DNA of 64,000 nucleotides from Candidatus Thorarchaeota archaeon. Its GTDB lineage: Archaea; Asgardarchaeota; Thorarchaeia; Thorarchaeales; Thorarchaeaceae. The notes beneath the pieces were generated by a model. The model worked only from the letters and a program-made list of their open reading frames with translations, searched no databases and was not told the origin of the DNA. The DNA lies in contig JBHLQM010000002.1 of NCBI GenBank assembly GCA_048884785.1, positions 33,044 through 97,043 of the forward strand, in the 5' to 3' direction. Below, piece after piece: positions 29,400 through 39,067 of the stretch. The position numbers were made by a program, and so were the translations under genes. Position 1 is the stretch's first letter. The number at the start of each line of letters is the position of its first letter.

Positions 29400-30638
29400 A
29401 TGAAGACTCTTACAATATCCGAGCTCGAAAATTGGTATCTGAAGAAACTTTCTGACAGAACCAAGGATTTTAGGAAACAGGCTGAGAAGAGCTATAAAAT
29501 TGTTGAACAAGCCCTCCGTGATATCAAAGACATTTCTGCAACGCTAAAGGAAGCTAGTGATGAAGAAGATGCAGAGTCACAGGGAACAGCTACGCGTTTT
29601 GCCAACAAAATTGATGACATCGTTGCCAGGTTTGATGTCAAGACTGAAATTACCTATCATGGCACAGAAGAATTGCAGGAAGCTATCCAGTATTTCATTC
29701 AGGAGATTTGGGGTGCGGGGGCTCGATGGATTAGACGAATGGACAAAAAATACAAGGGCACAATTAAGCAACTAGATGTCTATATGAAGGAGCTAATCAA
29801 TGAAATGAAAAAGATTGGGAAGCTTCTGTATGAGAACAATTGGATAAAGGACCTAGAGCGGATTCAGGGTCGAATTGAAACAATGCGAGAAATCTCCTAT
29901 GGGACTGAGCTGTACGAAGAGAAGATTCGCCAGGTGAAGCTCAAAATTGAACAGGCTCAGAAAGAGCATTTACATGCACTACAGGCCTATGATGAATACA
30001 AGGACACTTCCAATGTTGCTGAGCTGCTATCTCTAGATGAGGAATCAGAGCGCATTGGAGGACTTCTGAGAATGAAATTGAACATATTGAAGAAAACCGT
30101 CAAGAAATTCATGCAAGTTGATACCGGTGTGAGGATTAGTCCATCTGGTCAAAAGGCTTTGACAGAATATTTCGAGAATCCATACGCTGCCATCGCCGCA
30201 GAGCCTAATGGTTATCCAGCATTGATTGAGGGCTTGGAGGGACTGCAAAAGGGAATAGAAAATGGATCGCTTAAGATTAAGGATCGACTAGCAAGGCGAT
30301 CAATAGAGGAGATTCAGCTACTTAAGAAAGGATCACTTCAGGATCTCCAGGACAAGGCCAAAGACATCGAAAATAAGAGAGTTCAGTACGCAGGTTCTGA
30401 TGTTTATGCAAAGAATAGAGAGTTAGCGGCTGCTCTCGACGAGGCCAAAAGGAATCTAGAATACCATCGAAATGACCTACTTAAAATCCGAGATGATATC
30501 CGGAGAGAGATTGAGAAGTTTGAAGACTTCAAGAGTAGAGTAGCTTCTGAGATTCTAGAAGCATTTGCGGAGGCTGTTGAAATAAAGGTTGAGACCCTAG
30601 GGCTTACCCCGCTTCTTGAGAAGTGCTCAGTTCCGTAG
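29400..30638 (+). CDS. Long coiled-coil hypothetical protein
   Basis: K/E/L-rich heptads throughout; ATG 29400 preferred. Confidence 0.75.
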   Translation: MKTLTISELENWYLKKLSDRTKDFRKQAEKSYKIVEQALRDIKDISATLKEASDEEDAESQGTATRFANKIDDIVARFDVKTEITYHGTEELQEAIQYFIQEIWGAGARWIRRMDKKYKGTIKQLDVYMKELINEMKKIGKLLYENNWIKDLERIQGRIETMREISYGTELYEEKIRQVKLKIEQAQKEHLHALQAYDEYKDTSNVAELLSLDEESERIGGLLRMKLNILKKTVKKFMQVDTGVRISPSGQKALTEYFENPYAAIAAEPNGYPALIEGLEGLQKGIENGSLKIKDRLARRSIEEIQLLKKGSLQDLQDKAKDIENKRVQYAGSDVYAKNRELAAALDEAKRNLEYHRNDLLKIRDDIRREIEKFEDFKSRVASEILEAFAEAVEIKVETLGLTPLLEKCSVP

Positions 30639-30655
30639 CATTGGAGTTTTTATGC

Positions 30656-31480
30656 ATGAGAGTGTTTGTGACATCCGAACGCGACCCTGCAAGTCTATCG
30701 ATTAAAGACGTTCTTGTTTCAGACTACGGATTCGAAGAAACCGGTGCAGTTTTTGATGGAAATCCCATTTTATCAAACGGGACGGGAATACAGCTGATCA
30801 CATCTTCTAGAGATATGGTGGATACAAATCATCTTGAGGAGCAAATCAAGGCGGATGTTTACATTTTCTGTTCTCGTCATCGGGCGGAATCTGGCAAGCC
30901 TGCTCTCTTGGTTCATAGTACTGGCAATTTAGGCTCTGAAGCGATATTTGGCGGAAATCCACACGAGGTATCAATTGCCTGTGCATCACTAGTCGCAATC
31001 GCATTAAGGGCATTGTATAGGGAGAGAGAAGACAGAAACCTACACGAATTTGACGTAACAATGGAAGCCACACATCATGGTCCTACTTCAATGAATACAC
31101 CACTTCTATTTATTGAACTTGGTAGCAGCGAAGAGTATTGGCGGCATAGTGAAGCATCGAAGGCAGTGGCAGCCGCAGCAATGGAGTGTTCAAAGGCTGA
31201 ATTTCAGTCAGAATGTCTTGTAGGCTTTGGAGGAACTCATTATGTTTCCAAGTTCAACAAATTAGTTCTTGAGAAGGATAGTCTGATTGGACATATTGCA
31301 CCAAAGTATGCTCTAACAGACATACCTGAAAATGTGATTAAACAGATGTTCTCTCGTTGCGTTGAAAAAGCAAAGCAAGCAGTGATTGACTGGAAGGGTA
31401 CAAATCAGGATCAAAGAGAGCATCTAATCCCAATTCTTGAAAATATCGGCGTGGAGATTGTTAGAGCTCGAGACATCTAA
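30656..31480 (+). CDS. dtdA: Archaeal D-aminoacyl-tRNA deacylase
   Basis: DPAS, FCSRH, VHSTGN, EATHHGPT, FIELGS, GFGGTHY. Confidence 0.93.
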   Translation: MRVFVTSERDPASLSIKDVLVSDYGFEETGAVFDGNPILSNGTGIQLITSSRDMVDTNHLEEQIKADVYIFCSRHRAESGKPALLVHSTGNLGSEAIFGGNPHEVSIACASLVAIALRALYREREDRNLHEFDVTMEATHHGPTSMNTPLLFIELGSSEEYWRHSEASKAVAAAAMECSKAEFQSECLVGFGGTHYVSKFNKLVLEKDSLIGHIAPKYALTDIPENVIKQMFSRCVEKAKQAVIDWKGTNQDQREHLIPILENIGVEIVRARDI

Positions 31481-31553
31481 CACCATCAAGAATTCATAGG
31501 GCCATCTGCAAAAGCCTAAATACTTGCATTTGTCTTAGTTTTTTCAAATCATC

Positions 31554-32615
31554 ATGGCAGGGGAGAAGATGCCTTCACAGAATAAGAACGATTCAATAGC
31601 TGACTTAGAAGAAAAGGTGGACAGTCTTTCAGCTGAGATTACAAGGATATCCGAATTCCTGGAGGCAATCCCTTCAATTGCCGCAAAGGTCGATGAACTT
31701 CGCGAAGAAGTAGACGGAATCAAAGAGACCATTGAAGGTGTTGACGGCAAGTTTGAAAATATTATCACTGGAACTGACCTAGACACTCTGGACAAGAAGG
31801 TAGATGATATTTCATCCAAGATAGAAGAGGTGTCTGAGAGTACAACTGAGATTAAAAAATCCAAGGAAACTGAAGTCCTATTCAAGAAAGTCGATGATTT
31901 GCTAATTGCAATTAAAGACGTAGAAGAACAAATCGAAGACTTGGGTAAGTCCTCAGCTATGGATGAAAAACTCGATGAATTGAAGGAAAGCATCTCATCC
32001 CTTGTTACAACAGTTGAAACTCTCGGTGGCTCTGACTCCAATGAGGTAATTGGAAAGAAAATTGATGATCTTCAGCAATATGTCGCGGGGCTCTCAGCGC
32101 TTGAAGAAAAGGTTGATGAAATGGCAACAGCTTTTTCCGAAACAAAAGAGATTGTTGGCATCATTGTAAGGCAGCTAGACGATATTGAGCGGAAATACAA
32201 CAAGGCATCTGAAGACATAACTGAAGCTGCAGAATTAGTGAGATCTGTTCTTGAGGCTGGAGGTGTTCCTGCTAATTCTACTCAAACAAGAACACCAAGC
32301 AAAGGAAAAACAGAAGAAGATGAAGCTGTCCTGGAGGCATCTGCCGCAACTGTAGACGAACTCATGAGTGCATTACTCTCAAAGGTCCGACCCCAAACAG
32401 AAGCCCAAATGATGGCAAAAGCGCTCGAAGATGTTCGTGACAAACTCACAGGTATGATAGATGGCCATACACCTATCATATTTCAATTTGGAAAACGGGC
32501 AAGAGAGCTGAAATCATACCCTCCAACTGCCACACTCAACGAGAATGACATCGCTCGGCTAAACAAAGAGATACGAGATTGGTCTGCAAAACTCAAAAAG
32601 ATTGCATCTGAGTGA
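31554..32615 (+). CDS. Acidic coiled-coil protein with C-terminal helical bundle
   Basis: Heptads over about 230 aa, low-complexity linker, about 85-aa helical C-domain. Confidence 0.75.
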   Translation: MAGEKMPSQNKNDSIADLEEKVDSLSAEITRISEFLEAIPSIAAKVDELREEVDGIKETIEGVDGKFENIITGTDLDTLDKKVDDISSKIEEVSESTTEIKKSKETEVLFKKVDDLLIAIKDVEEQIEDLGKSSAMDEKLDELKESISSLVTTVETLGGSDSNEVIGKKIDDLQQYVAGLSALEEKVDEMATAFSETKEIVGIIVRQLDDIERKYNKASEDITEAAELVRSVLEAGGVPANSTQTRTPSKGKTEEDEAVLEASAATVDELMSALLSKVRPQTEAQMMAKALEDVRDKLTGMIDGHTPIIFQFGKRARELKSYPPTATLNENDIARLNKEIRDWSAKLKKIASE

Positions 32616-32793
32616 AGAAGAGATTTTTGAGTTAGTTCACCTCAAAATGGGCCTTTGTGTTGAATACATTTATCTCATTCAGCGACAGTCCTGCCTATGG
32701 AAGCCTATGCAAAGACAAAGAGTCCACTAACTCTAGGTGTCGAGCGTAATTTATGGTTTCCATGAGAACTAGTATTTCAGAGTTGATAGTGAT

Positions 32794-33597
32794 ATGGAGC
32801 TACAGAAGCATAATCGAGAACTTGCGGAAAGAATCCGCCTTCTGAATATTCCCGCGGACAGTCAGCTAGCCAAGGAGCTCATGCAACTGCATGAAGCAAA
32901 ATGTGTGTCTTGTCAAGAAGACCGCTTGAGCTGCACAGTCCGTCCTGCGTGTAAAGAACGTAATTTTCTAAACATGCTAATCGAGCTTGGCGTGGAACCG
33001 CAAGATCTTCCCAGTTTCTGTTACTCTGTTTATCTTGATCAGCTAGGTCGATACATACTAGAAAAGAAAGGGCGAGGTATGATTAACCGACGATTACCAA
33101 TCAAAGATCTATTGTCAACTCTAAAAGTCAGCTCAATAAGACATTTCAACTCTAGATTTACCAAGGAATGGGATAATTACCATTCATCAAGTATAAAGAA
33201 TCAGCTCCTCGTTTCGGGAAATGATTACTTGTTCCATTTTGATTTCACTAGGGGTGTAGTAATAATCAATCCTTATGAAACTCCGATATTAGATTTTGAT
33301 CATTTGAAACTCTTTGTAGAGGTTCTTTCAAATAGATATGGCGTTGCTTGTGAACTCAAGGACATTACATCAAATTGGTGGGAACTACGATTCTCCCTGA
33401 GTACTAATATCGACAATGAGAAAATACAAACAGCTAGTCAGAAATTCTCCAAACGTTTCCATTCCCATCAGAGTATACTATCTCGAGAATTGCCCGAGAT
33501 TCGTGCTGAGATTATAGCTGACGCAACCCAAGATCCCATTGTGGTAGAGGATCTAATCCAGACTTTCAAAATGGTGGCTGATCTAAAATCAGCATAA
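32794..33597 (+). CDS. Hypothetical protein with N-terminal Cys cluster
   Basis: HEAKCVSCQEDRLSCTVRPAC...SFCY. Confidence 0.7.
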   Translation: MELQKHNRELAERIRLLNIPADSQLAKELMQLHEAKCVSCQEDRLSCTVRPACKERNFLNMLIELGVEPQDLPSFCYSVYLDQLGRYILEKKGRGMINRRLPIKDLLSTLKVSSIRHFNSRFTKEWDNYHSSSIKNQLLVSGNDYLFHFDFTRGVVIINPYETPILDFDHLKLFVEVLSNRYGVACELKDITSNWWELRFSLSTNIDNEKIQTASQKFSKRFHSHQSILSRELPEIRAEIIADATQDPIVVEDLIQTFKMVADLKSA

Positions 33598-33629
33598 AGA
33601 GCATTCTATGAATGCGTTTCGAATAGGCG

Positions 33630-36600
33630 GTGAGTAAATTGAGCAAATCTGCAACTGCAATAGCAATTCCGAAATTAACTGAGAGCCTATCCCTCACCAA
33701 GAGTGAGGCATCAGTGCTTCTCCCAGTAATCCGAGGCGGTAATATGACCGCTGGTGCAATATCTCTGGTTCTTGATGCAAGCCCTGCGACTGTAGCAACA
33801 GCATTGAAGGGTCTAGAAGAAAAAGGTTTGATCGAAAAAATAGAGGGGATTGTGCCCCTATATCGGGCGCTACCTCCAGTTATTCCAATGATAGATGTAC
33901 TTACTTCTCTCTTCAAGGAAGCAGAAATAGCAGAAGGGAAAATCACAGGTGCAACCGAAAAATCACAGAAATCTATAGACGGCGCTTCCTCCAAGCTTAC
34001 AAAAGCCACTGAAGCAATGTCCTCAGAACTTGAAACAGCATTTGACAAATACGAGGCAAATACTGTTGAATCTGTTAAGACTCATATTAATACAATGACC
34101 TCTTTGACATCTCAGGTCCTGCAGGATTATTCTCAAAATATCCAGACCGCCCTGGAGAAACTCAATGACACACTTGAGAGTGACCTCGGAGAAAAACTTG
34201 TTTCGTTGCAGAAGGAATTGGACATTAGCCAGAATCAGTTGCTAAAAGAATCCAAGAAGATTTCTCGGGAGTTTGATAAATGGCTAAAGACTGAGAAGGA
34301 CTCTACCGCCTTATCAATTGCAGAACTGGATAAGAAGGCAAAACAGCTCGTAGTAGCCTCGAAATCTGTGATTACACAGGCCTTGAAAGCTTCTGAAGAT
34401 GCACTAGTTGCAGGTACACAACAACTAGCCACTGCTCTAAACTCCAGCGCATTGGATTCCTCAAACACAATATCGGAGATGCTTACTGCTCTCGCAGAAA
34501 CATTGAAGCAAAAGACCCGTCAATTGGAATCTGGCATAGGTCAAACCCTTGCTACATCGCACTCAACCCTCAAGGAAACTTATGCACAGGCCAGAGTGAA
34601 TGCTGATCTTCATTCTGAAAATACAAGAAAGAAGTTGGATGAAGTTCTATCTTCAACAAAAATATTCAGTGATAATGTTGCGGCTTGGATGGATGAAGTC
34701 AATTCCTTCATGGAAACCGCCGCTCAGTCAGTTCTTGCCCAGCTTGAGCAGATATCCAGCTCAGAGAATGCATTCATTGAATTCATACGAATCGCCCTAT
34801 CTGGATATATAGAGAAGCTGAATGTTTCCCTGAGTGAAGAGTACAAACAATTGAGAGCTATCTCTCGAGGGCTGAGTACAGATACTGAGAATTTCATGAA
34901 CGAATCAAAAACATCAGTCGTTTCTCTTTTGCAGAATGAAGTTGAGGCAGAGCAACTTCGCTTGAAAACCGCCAGCGAGAAGCTTCAGATTCACCTTGAG
35001 AAATGGAATGAAAAGGCGATAAAAAATATCGACAAAAAAGCGGCATCTACTATAGAGAATATTACAAGTGTACTAGATACTGAGATTGAGGAGCTCAACT
35101 CGCTTGCTGAAAACATAGCTAGTCGTCTAAAGTCATCTTTTGCAAATGTGAGATCAACGACAGGAACGAAAAACGATGCAGTTCTTTCGAACCTCAAGAG
35201 AACTACTCGTGAATACGAGTCAAGTCTAGAAACGATACTAGCAGAGGTTGCTGCTCAGCATATAGACGTAATTCAAAAGCAAGTTGTGGAAGCCAAGGTG
35301 CTTTATGACAGCCTGAGCACTCGACTTAGCACAAGGCTTTCAGAAGGTGTTAGCGCACTTGGAGCGCATGTAACACGAGCTCAGAAGGAGATTGAAGCAA
35401 CAATTGAAGATCAGGTTTCACGAATTGATCGACATGCAGAAGAGATGAGTGAGGAGTTTCATATTAGAATTGAGGATATAACAAGACAGTTCCTAACGCT
35501 CACGCAAAGCTTGGAATCAACGTTCAATGGACTTCTTTCAAGTCAGGCAGTAGAGGCACGCGACCTCATTGCATCTGCACATACTGAATACAAGAATGCG
35601 CTGAAGACTGAGATGGGCTTGCTGGACGAGGATTCTCTCAAGCTGCAGCAGGAATTCGCCTCAGAGATTGGGATGCGCGTTGATCGAGTAGTTGAAACAA
35701 CCAGTACACTCAAGCAAACGCTTGATGAATTTACAGCCGTGAAAAAGAATGAGATTGCTGAGAGTACGGAGAACACCATTAACGGCATAGAAGCTAATCT
35801 AAAAGCATCTCAAGCAGCACTTGCCGAGCTTGAAACAGGAACAGTTGGACAATTTGTGGAGAATATTCAGCAGGTCTCCAAGGAATTCAGTAGTTCCATA
35901 TTCGGAGCACGTGATAATATTTCTGAGAATCTGGCTGCAATTCGAAATGAGAGCTCTGATATTCTCCTGAAGAATTCAGCTGGTGTGAGAGCAACTGTTG
36001 AAAACTACATATCAGAAGAGAAGGAAGCTTTGCATCGTGTTCTGAGCGGAGCTAGTACAAAGCTGGATCGAATTGCATCAGGCAATCTGAAAAAGTCAAA
36101 TGAAAAAATCGAAGGATTCCAGAACGCACTTCAACAAACCCAAACTGCCGCGACTGATGAAAGAGGAAAGGCTCTGTCTGCTGTCATGAAAACAATAGAT
36201 GATAGAAAGTCGGAGGCAGTTGTCGCTTTTGATGCGGCAAGTGTTTGGGTTGAATCAGCTATTAGTAATCTATCATCCTCTGTAGAAACACTTGGTACAA
36301 AACTTAGCAATGAAGTCTTGCATGCTGAGAATGCAATGACCAAGGCAGCTGAAACTTCTTCCCTGACGTTGAAAGAAGGAAATGAAGAGCTGCTAAGACA
36401 ACTTGAAGAGGTTGGTGGAACATTTCTAAACCATTCTGAGAGCCAATTGAAAGCAGGAATCGCGGCATTCGATAAGGCAAAAGAGAATACGTTGAATTCA
36501 AGTATTGATTCATTAGCTGAATTTCCTGAAAAACTCGCAGCAGCTACTGAAAACTCTAATCAGGAGGCCCTTGAAGATTGCAGGGGACGTTTAGAGTCCT

Positions 36601-37532
36601 TAGGAACCTCTACTGCTGAGAAAATTGCAGAGTTTGAGAGTGCGGCTAAATCATCATCTCAGGAAACAGTATCTCTAATTGAGAAAGTTGCGGATCAGTT
36701 GAGTCGTTTCAGAGAATCTGCCTTTGATCAGATGCAGCAATCAACCAATCTGTCGAATCAGCACGCCTCTAGAAAATTCGAATCGCTCGGAGTGAATCTT
36801 AAGGCTGCGCTCAGCAGCCTCGTATATGAGAATTCTGAGAGATCAAGAGGAATGGTAAACTCACAAACAGCAAACATCAAGGAAACGTCCGAATTGGCAT
36901 TAACCGAGATTTCCCAGTCGACAGCTAATTTGCGCAAGGAAAGAAGTGAAGCAATCACTTCTTCAGCGACTAGTTCTCAGGAAGCTCTTGGTAAATGGGC
37001 TGGTACTGCCAAGGACACTGCATCCAAATTTGCTGCAACAATTCAGGGTTTGCTAAATGGTATTAAAACATCCTCAGCTGATGTTATAGAAACACTCAAT
37101 GCCATTCAGGCAGCTTCCAAGGAACTTCTTATACTTCCATCTGAAAATACTTGGTACCTTTCCGGAGATGCAGAAACGTGCGGACATATTCAGGATATGG
37201 CTCAAAGAGCAAATGAATCAATACTCATATCTGTCAATTCATTGGACTGCTTGGATTACAAGAAGCTATCAAAGGTAAAAACGCCAGTAAGGCGAATTCT
37301 CATAGTTCCTCAATCCGATGAGCCTAATCCAGCCCTTGATGCATTGAAAGGCTGGAGGATATGGGAAACCGCATTACCGATGCTTCTAGCAGTGAGAGAT
37401 GACGAAGAGATAGTCATAGGAGGTCAGTCAGAAACTGATATGCCAATTTGCATCGTTTCTCGGGATAAGGCCTATCTCCAGCTTTACCATGATTCACTTG
37501 GTCCAAAACTGATTCAATCGTCCAAAAAGTAG
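33630..37532 (+). CDS. TrmB-type wHTH + about 1,050-aa helical repeat/coiled-coil + TrmB-like C-terminal domain
   Basis: N-term LSLTKSEASVL...MTAGAIS...LKGLEEKGLIEK...YRALPP; C-term IQDMAQRANESILIS...AVRDDEEIVIG. Confidence 0.75.
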   Translation: MSKLSKSATAIAIPKLTESLSLTKSEASVLLPVIRGGNMTAGAISLVLDASPATVATALKGLEEKGLIEKIEGIVPLYRALPPVIPMIDVLTSLFKEAEIAEGKITGATEKSQKSIDGASSKLTKATEAMSSELETAFDKYEANTVESVKTHINTMTSLTSQVLQDYSQNIQTALEKLNDTLESDLGEKLVSLQKELDISQNQLLKESKKISREFDKWLKTEKDSTALSIAELDKKAKQLVVASKSVITQALKASEDALVAGTQQLATALNSSALDSSNTISEMLTALAETLKQKTRQLESGIGQTLATSHSTLKETYAQARVNADLHSENTRKKLDEVLSSTKIFSDNVAAWMDEVNSFMETAAQSVLAQLEQISSSENAFIEFIRIALSGYIEKLNVSLSEEYKQLRAISRGLSTDTENFMNESKTSVVSLLQNEVEAEQLRLKTASEKLQIHLEKWNEKAIKNIDKKAASTIENITSVLDTEIEELNSLAENIASRLKSSFANVRSTTGTKNDAVLSNLKRTTREYESSLETILAEVAAQHIDVIQKQVVEAKVLYDSLSTRLSTRLSEGVSALGAHVTRAQKEIEATIEDQVSRIDRHAEEMSEEFHIRIEDITRQFLTLTQSLESTFNGLLSSQAVEARDLIASAHTEYKNALKTEMGLLDEDSLKLQQEFASEIGMRVDRVVETTSTLKQTLDEFTAVKKNEIAESTENTINGIEANLKASQAALAELETGTVGQFVENIQQVSKEFSSSIFGARDNISENLAAIRNESSDILLKNSAGVRATVENYISEEKEALHRVLSGASTKLDRIASGNLKKSNEKIEGFQNALQQTQTAATDERGKALSAVMKTIDDRKSEAVVAFDAASVWVESAISNLSSSVETLGTKLSNEVLHAENAMTKAAETSSLTLKEGNEELLRQLEEVGGTFLNHSESQLKAGIAAFDKAKENTLNSSIDSLAEFPEKLAAATENSNQEALEDCRGRLESLGTSTAEKIAEFESAAKSSSQETVSLIEKVADQLSRFRESAFDQMQQSTNLSNQHASRKFESLGVNLKAALSSLVYENSERSRGMVNSQTANIKETSELALTEISQSTANLRKERSEAITSSATSSQEALGKWAGTAKDTASKFAATIQGLLNGIKTSSADVIETLNAIQAASKELLILPSENTWYLSGDAETCGHIQDMAQRANESILISVNSLDCLDYKKLSKVKTPVRRILIVPQSDEPNPALDALKGWRIWETALPMLLAVRDDEEIVIGGQSETDMPICIVSRDKAYLQLYHDSLGPKLIQSSKK

Positions 37533-37533
37533 A

Positions 37534-37998
37534 CTACAGCTTGGCTTCGAAGATGATGCCATCTTCGTTGCCATAGTAGTTTACTTGCCGACCTATAGAT
37601 TTCATCCCTAGCTTGGTATAGAGTGCTTGCGCCGCAAGGTTGCTCTCTCGAACTTCTAAAATGCAGGATTTAGAATTCGCCCTTCGAAGAGAATTCAAAA
37701 TATGATGAATTAATAGACTAGCGTACCCTTTTCGCCGGTCACCTTCTTGAATAGCCAAGTTCAGAATATGACCTTTTTTTTTCTTGATATCAAACTCCCA
37801 GATGGCATATCCAATGACCTTTGAATGAAGCTCCCCGACAATCATTCTTACTTCCCCGTCCCTATCCATTAATTTCCCGTTATTTCTAGCCAAAAGCAGA
37901 AAGGGCGACGAGTCCCACGGATCACTGAAGCACTCTGATTCGATTCTCAAAATATTCGGGAGGTCCTTCATCATAGCCTGTCTAATAACTAGCTGCAC
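37534..37998 (-). CDS. rimI: RimI/Ard1-family N-acetyltransferase
   Basis: IESECFSDPW, HILNLAI, RRKGYA, LEVRESN, NYYGNEDG. Confidence 0.88.
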   Translation of the reverse strand: MQLVIRQAMMKDLPNILRIESECFSDPWDSSPFLLLARNNGKLMDRDGEVRMIVGELHSKVIGYAIWEFDIKKKKGHILNLAIQEGDRRKGYASLLIHHILNSLRRANSKSCILEVRESNLAAQALYTKLGMKSIGRQVNYYGNEDGIIFEAKL

Positions 37999-38022
37999 TT
38001 AAGGCACCTCAAAATAGCATAG

Positions 38023-38376
38023 TCACTCTCTTTCAAGTGATACTCTTGACCCACAACGGTGACAATATTCTGAATTGTAAAGAAGGGGAGAGCCACAAAT
38101 CTGACATTCAATGGTCCTTGCGTTTCTTGAATCAGTTTCGATTCTCATCGGCCCGAAAACACCTCTACTCATTTGCCAAATGCACATCATCATCATGAAG
38201 AGAGCAACACCCAGAATCACAATTCCAAATGGTCCTGGATTTCCAAAGAAGAAAAAGGGAAAGATAAAGAAGAAGCCTGATGAAACACCATCCATAGCAA
38301 GCACAAGAAGAATGGCTCCAGTAATAACGAGCAGGAAACCAGCCAATATGAGAATCTCGCTCTTTGAATTCAACAT
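38023..38376 (-). CDS. Small membrane protein with C-terminal zinc ribbon
   Basis: Two TMs; CQICG...CHRCG. Confidence 0.65.
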   Translation of the reverse strand: MLNSKSEILILAGFLLVITGAILLVLAMDGVSSGFFFIFPFFFFGNPGPFGIVILGVALFMMMMCIWQMSRGVFGPMRIETDSRNARTIECQICGSPLLYNSEYCHRCGSRVSLERE

Positions 38377-38536
38377 CTAATTTTCTTTCCTTCACAGAGC
38401 GACTAACTCCAGCTTAACTTAATACTTTGTATTCAATATCTGAAATGACCTCGCACAAGACATATCAATGTCTTGAGCAACAATTGAAAAGCAAGATAGT
38501 TACCAGTTCTTCTCAGAATCAAAGAGGGTTGTCAGA

Positions 38537-38992
38537 ATGGGCGGAAAGAAAAACGTTGAGGCAAAGACCAAGAAGAGGAAAAGATACCTCTTCAAAGTAG
38601 CAGTGGTTGGACCTGATGATTCCTTGCTCGAGGATGTTATGACAGTTGTGAATCAAGGAGCAGTATCCGTAGATGGAATAAGAATTGGCACGACAAAGAT
38701 GGAAACAGACGATTCTACCGTACGAGCCGTGACATGGTCTCCACGCCATTCTGCATTAGATGTTCTACTTGATGTCACCTATGCTGGTGCCAATGGGGCG
38801 GTGATAGTCCTACGGGATGCTGATCCGGAAATTGAAGTAATCTATAGGAATGAGATAAGAGAGCATCTTGGAAGTGGAACGCCCACGCGAGTTCTTTGTG
38901 TGGGCACTGAAATTGATAGATTTAAGCAGCACGAAATTCAGAACATGCTTGAAGAACTATTCAAAGAGATTCTCGAATCAAAAAGAAAATAG
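38537..38992 (+). CDS. Rab-like small GTPase fold with degenerate nucleotide-binding motifs
   Basis: YLFKVAVVG, DSTVRAVTW, TYAGANGAVIV, LCVGTEID align with Rab strands; no GKS or DxxG. Confidence 0.65.
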   Translation: MGGKKNVEAKTKKRKRYLFKVAVVGPDDSLLEDVMTVVNQGAVSVDGIRIGTTKMETDDSTVRAVTWSPRHSALDVLLDVTYAGANGAVIVLRDADPEIEVIYRNEIREHLGSGTPTRVLCVGTEIDRFKQHEIQNMLEELFKEILESKRK

Positions 38993-39067
38993 GCCAAAAA
39001 TCCATAATACCATGGTGATGGAAAGGCTTTTCTCCAAAAACTGATTGCTCGACAGCAGGTGCGAAGA

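Noticed and set aside
29400-37532. SMC/Rad50 identity for the coiled-coil proteins
   Set aside because: No Walker A/B, signature motif, hinge or zinc hook
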